Positions 62,541 to 64,000 of a DNA stretch of 64,000 nucleotides are shown here, piece after piece. A program made the position numbers and the translations under genes. Every line of letters begins with the position of its first letter. Within the stretch, counting starts at the first letter, position 1. The stretch covers positions 1,472,001 through 1,536,000 of the forward strand of contig CAWDML010000001.1 in assembly GCA_963803435.1 (NCBI GenBank), read 5' to 3'. The notes under the pieces are model-generated. The model was not told the DNA's origin, did not search any database, and saw only the letters and a program-made list of their open reading frames with translations. Origin of the DNA: an uncultured delta proteobacterium. GTDB taxonomy: Bacteria; Myxococcota; Kuafuiibacteriia; Kuafuiibacteriales; Kuafuiibacteriaceae.

Positions 62541-62554
62541 CACGGCTCGGCCGC

Positions 62555-64000
62555 ATGATCAGGACCCTTGCAGCCGGTTGCGCGATCGCTTCGATCGTCG
62601 CTTGCGCCGATCCGAACGAAGAGAAGGTGAGCACGCTCAGCGCCCAGTGCGCCGCGCCCGTCACCCAGACCATCCGCTATGACGAGCACGGGAGAAAGAG
62701 CGAGATCCAGCGCGCGGACGTGGGCGCCGTACACTACGCCTACCACCCGGTGTCGGGCCTCCTCGCCGAGAAGGCGTTGCCCGATCGCACGACCACCTTC
62801 GCCTACGATGCGAGCGGTCGCTTGACCGAAGAGACGGCGACGGGCGCGGGCCGCTCGCGCACGCTTCAGCTCCACTACGACGAGAACGGAGAGCTCGGGT
62901 TCCTCACCCGCGTGAGCGCCGCCGGATGGGAGAAGCGATTCCGCCACCGCCGTGACGGGACCGTCGCGGAGGCGACCATCGACATCCCCGGCTTCCGCAG
63001 CGTCACCGTCGCCAGCACCTACTACGTGAACGGCTTCGAGGAGAGCTCCACCAGGGTGGTCCGCGACGCCGCCGGCAACGTGCTGAGCCAGGTCGATCGC
63101 ACCACCCGGTACGATGACGCCGGGCGTCCCTCCATGCTGATGGTGAACGGACAGCCGCTCTACACGCTCTACTACGATCCGGAAGGCCGCCTCGAGCACG
63201 CCTCGTTCACCGACGGCTCCACGCTCTCCTTCACGCACGACCCCGAGACGCACCTCCGTAACGGGTACCAGGAGAGCGCCGACGACTTCTCGCTGAGCGC
63301 CTCCTGGAGCTTCGATCAGCGCGGACTCATCGTGTCGGAGTCGTTCGACCGCGACGGCCAGACGTACGTGATGAGCTACGTCCACGACGCCCGCGGCTTC
63401 CTCACGGACGCCACCGGTCCAGCGCCCGCCACCTATCAATACGGCGCCGACGGCCGCCCCACGAACGCCCGCACCGGCACGGTCAGCGTCAACGGCATCA
63501 CCTATGCGTTCGACGCCTCCGGCCGCGTGATCCAGAAGGGCGACCTCATCCTCGAGTACGGCCCGAGCGGGGACGTCGAGCAGGCGACCCTCGCACCCGA
63601 CTCCGCTGACCGTGAGACCTGGACCTTCGACTACGACGAGGCCGGCCGCCGCATCCTCAAGCGCGAGAACGGCGCCGTGACGGCGGCCTATCTGTTCGGG
63701 GGGTACCTCGACGGCACCGCCTTCATCGATCCCGTCTACGTCGACACCCGGCTGGTCGGTGTCCTGATCGACGACGCGTTCGTCCCGCTCGGCACCGACC
63801 CCCGCGGATCGGTGGTGGCGGGCGACGGCGCCTGGGACTGGCCGACGCCCTACGGCGCCCGTGTTCTCCGGCCCGCCGTCGCGGCCGCGGTCGACTACGC
63901 GGAGAAGGGCTTCGATCCGGACCTCGGCACGGTCCGCATGGGCATCCGCGACTACGATCCCGATCTGGGGCAGTTCTGGGGCCCCGACCCGCTCTTCTTC
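62555..64000 (+). CDS. TcC-like RHS/YD protein with lipoprotein signal peptide and RHS-associated core (3' end outside window; absent from ORF track)
   Basis: Translated by hand, 482 open codons: MIRTLAAGCAIASIVAC...RYDEHGRK...AYDASGRL...RYDDAGRP...DYDEAGRR...TPYG...GTVRMGIRDYDPDLGQFWGPDPLFF. Confidence 0.9.
   Translation, partial: MIRTLAAGCAIASIVACADPNEEKVSTLSAQCAAPVTQTIRYDEHGRKSEIQRADVGAVHYAYHPVSGLLAEKALPDRTTTFAYDASGRLTEETATGAGRSRTLQLHYDENGELGFLTRVSAAGWEKRFRHRRDGTVAEATIDIPGFRSVTVASTYYVNGFEESSTRVVRDAAGNVLSQVDRTTRYDDAGRPSMLMVNGQPLYTLYYDPEGRLEHASFTDGSTLSFTHDPETHLRNGYQESADDFSLSASWSFDQRGLIVSESFDRDGQTYVMSYVHDARGFLTDATGPAPATYQYGADGRPTNARTGTVSVNGITYAFDASGRVIQKGDLILEYGPSGDVEQATLAPDSADRETWTFDYDEAGRRILKRENGAVTAAYLFGGYLDGTAFIDPVYVDTRLVGVLIDDAFVPLGTDPRGSVVAGDGAWDWPTPYGARVLRPAVAAAVDYAEKGFDPDLGTVRMGIRDYDPDLGQFWGPDPLFF

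Noticed and set aside
54007-62670. Invertible segment (shufflon) that would fuse the B-like and C-like RHS genes
   Set aside because: No inverted repeats or recombinase seen; the shared GTCACCC (54016, 62660) is a 7-bp direct match; C has its own start, lipobox and promoter-like element

Overview
GC-rich bacterial chromosomal segment. The gene content (several Ser/Thr kinases, SWIM-SNF2, PEGA and beta-helix lipoproteins, SpoVR, sigma54-type promoters) suggests Myxococcota or a relative; this is an inference. From the left it carries recC(partial)-recB-recD, rsmE, a GH15 hydrolase, a protein with an L,D-transpeptidase-like motif, a SWIM-SNF2 helicase with a tandem palindromic insertion, a DDAH gene divergent from an ectoine-synthase-like bicupin, two beta-helix lipoproteins and a kinase-ATPase-TPR protein. 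The middle holds DTW, PEGA and aminotransferase genes, a ~11-heme cytochrome, glgA, spoVR, sbcDC, signalling genes, a KH-less Jag, and BON, SRPBCC, EamA and GH3 genes. The main candidate novelty is at 54007-64000: a three-gene toxin-complex (Tc)-like locus whose parts all have Sec or lipoprotein signal peptides. It comprises a ~1635-aa lipoprotein with coiled coils and a beta-pore-like hairpin, a SpvB/FG-GAP/YD protein, and a divergent RHS-core lipoprotein that is missing from the ORF track. The two arms share back-to-back sigma54-type promoters around a triple TGACAC motif. Seven +1 frameshifts in four genes look like sequencing errors, mostly at GATC sites. No rRNA, tRNA, CRISPR array or transposase was seen. 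All family assignments come from motif recognition by eye; no searches were run.
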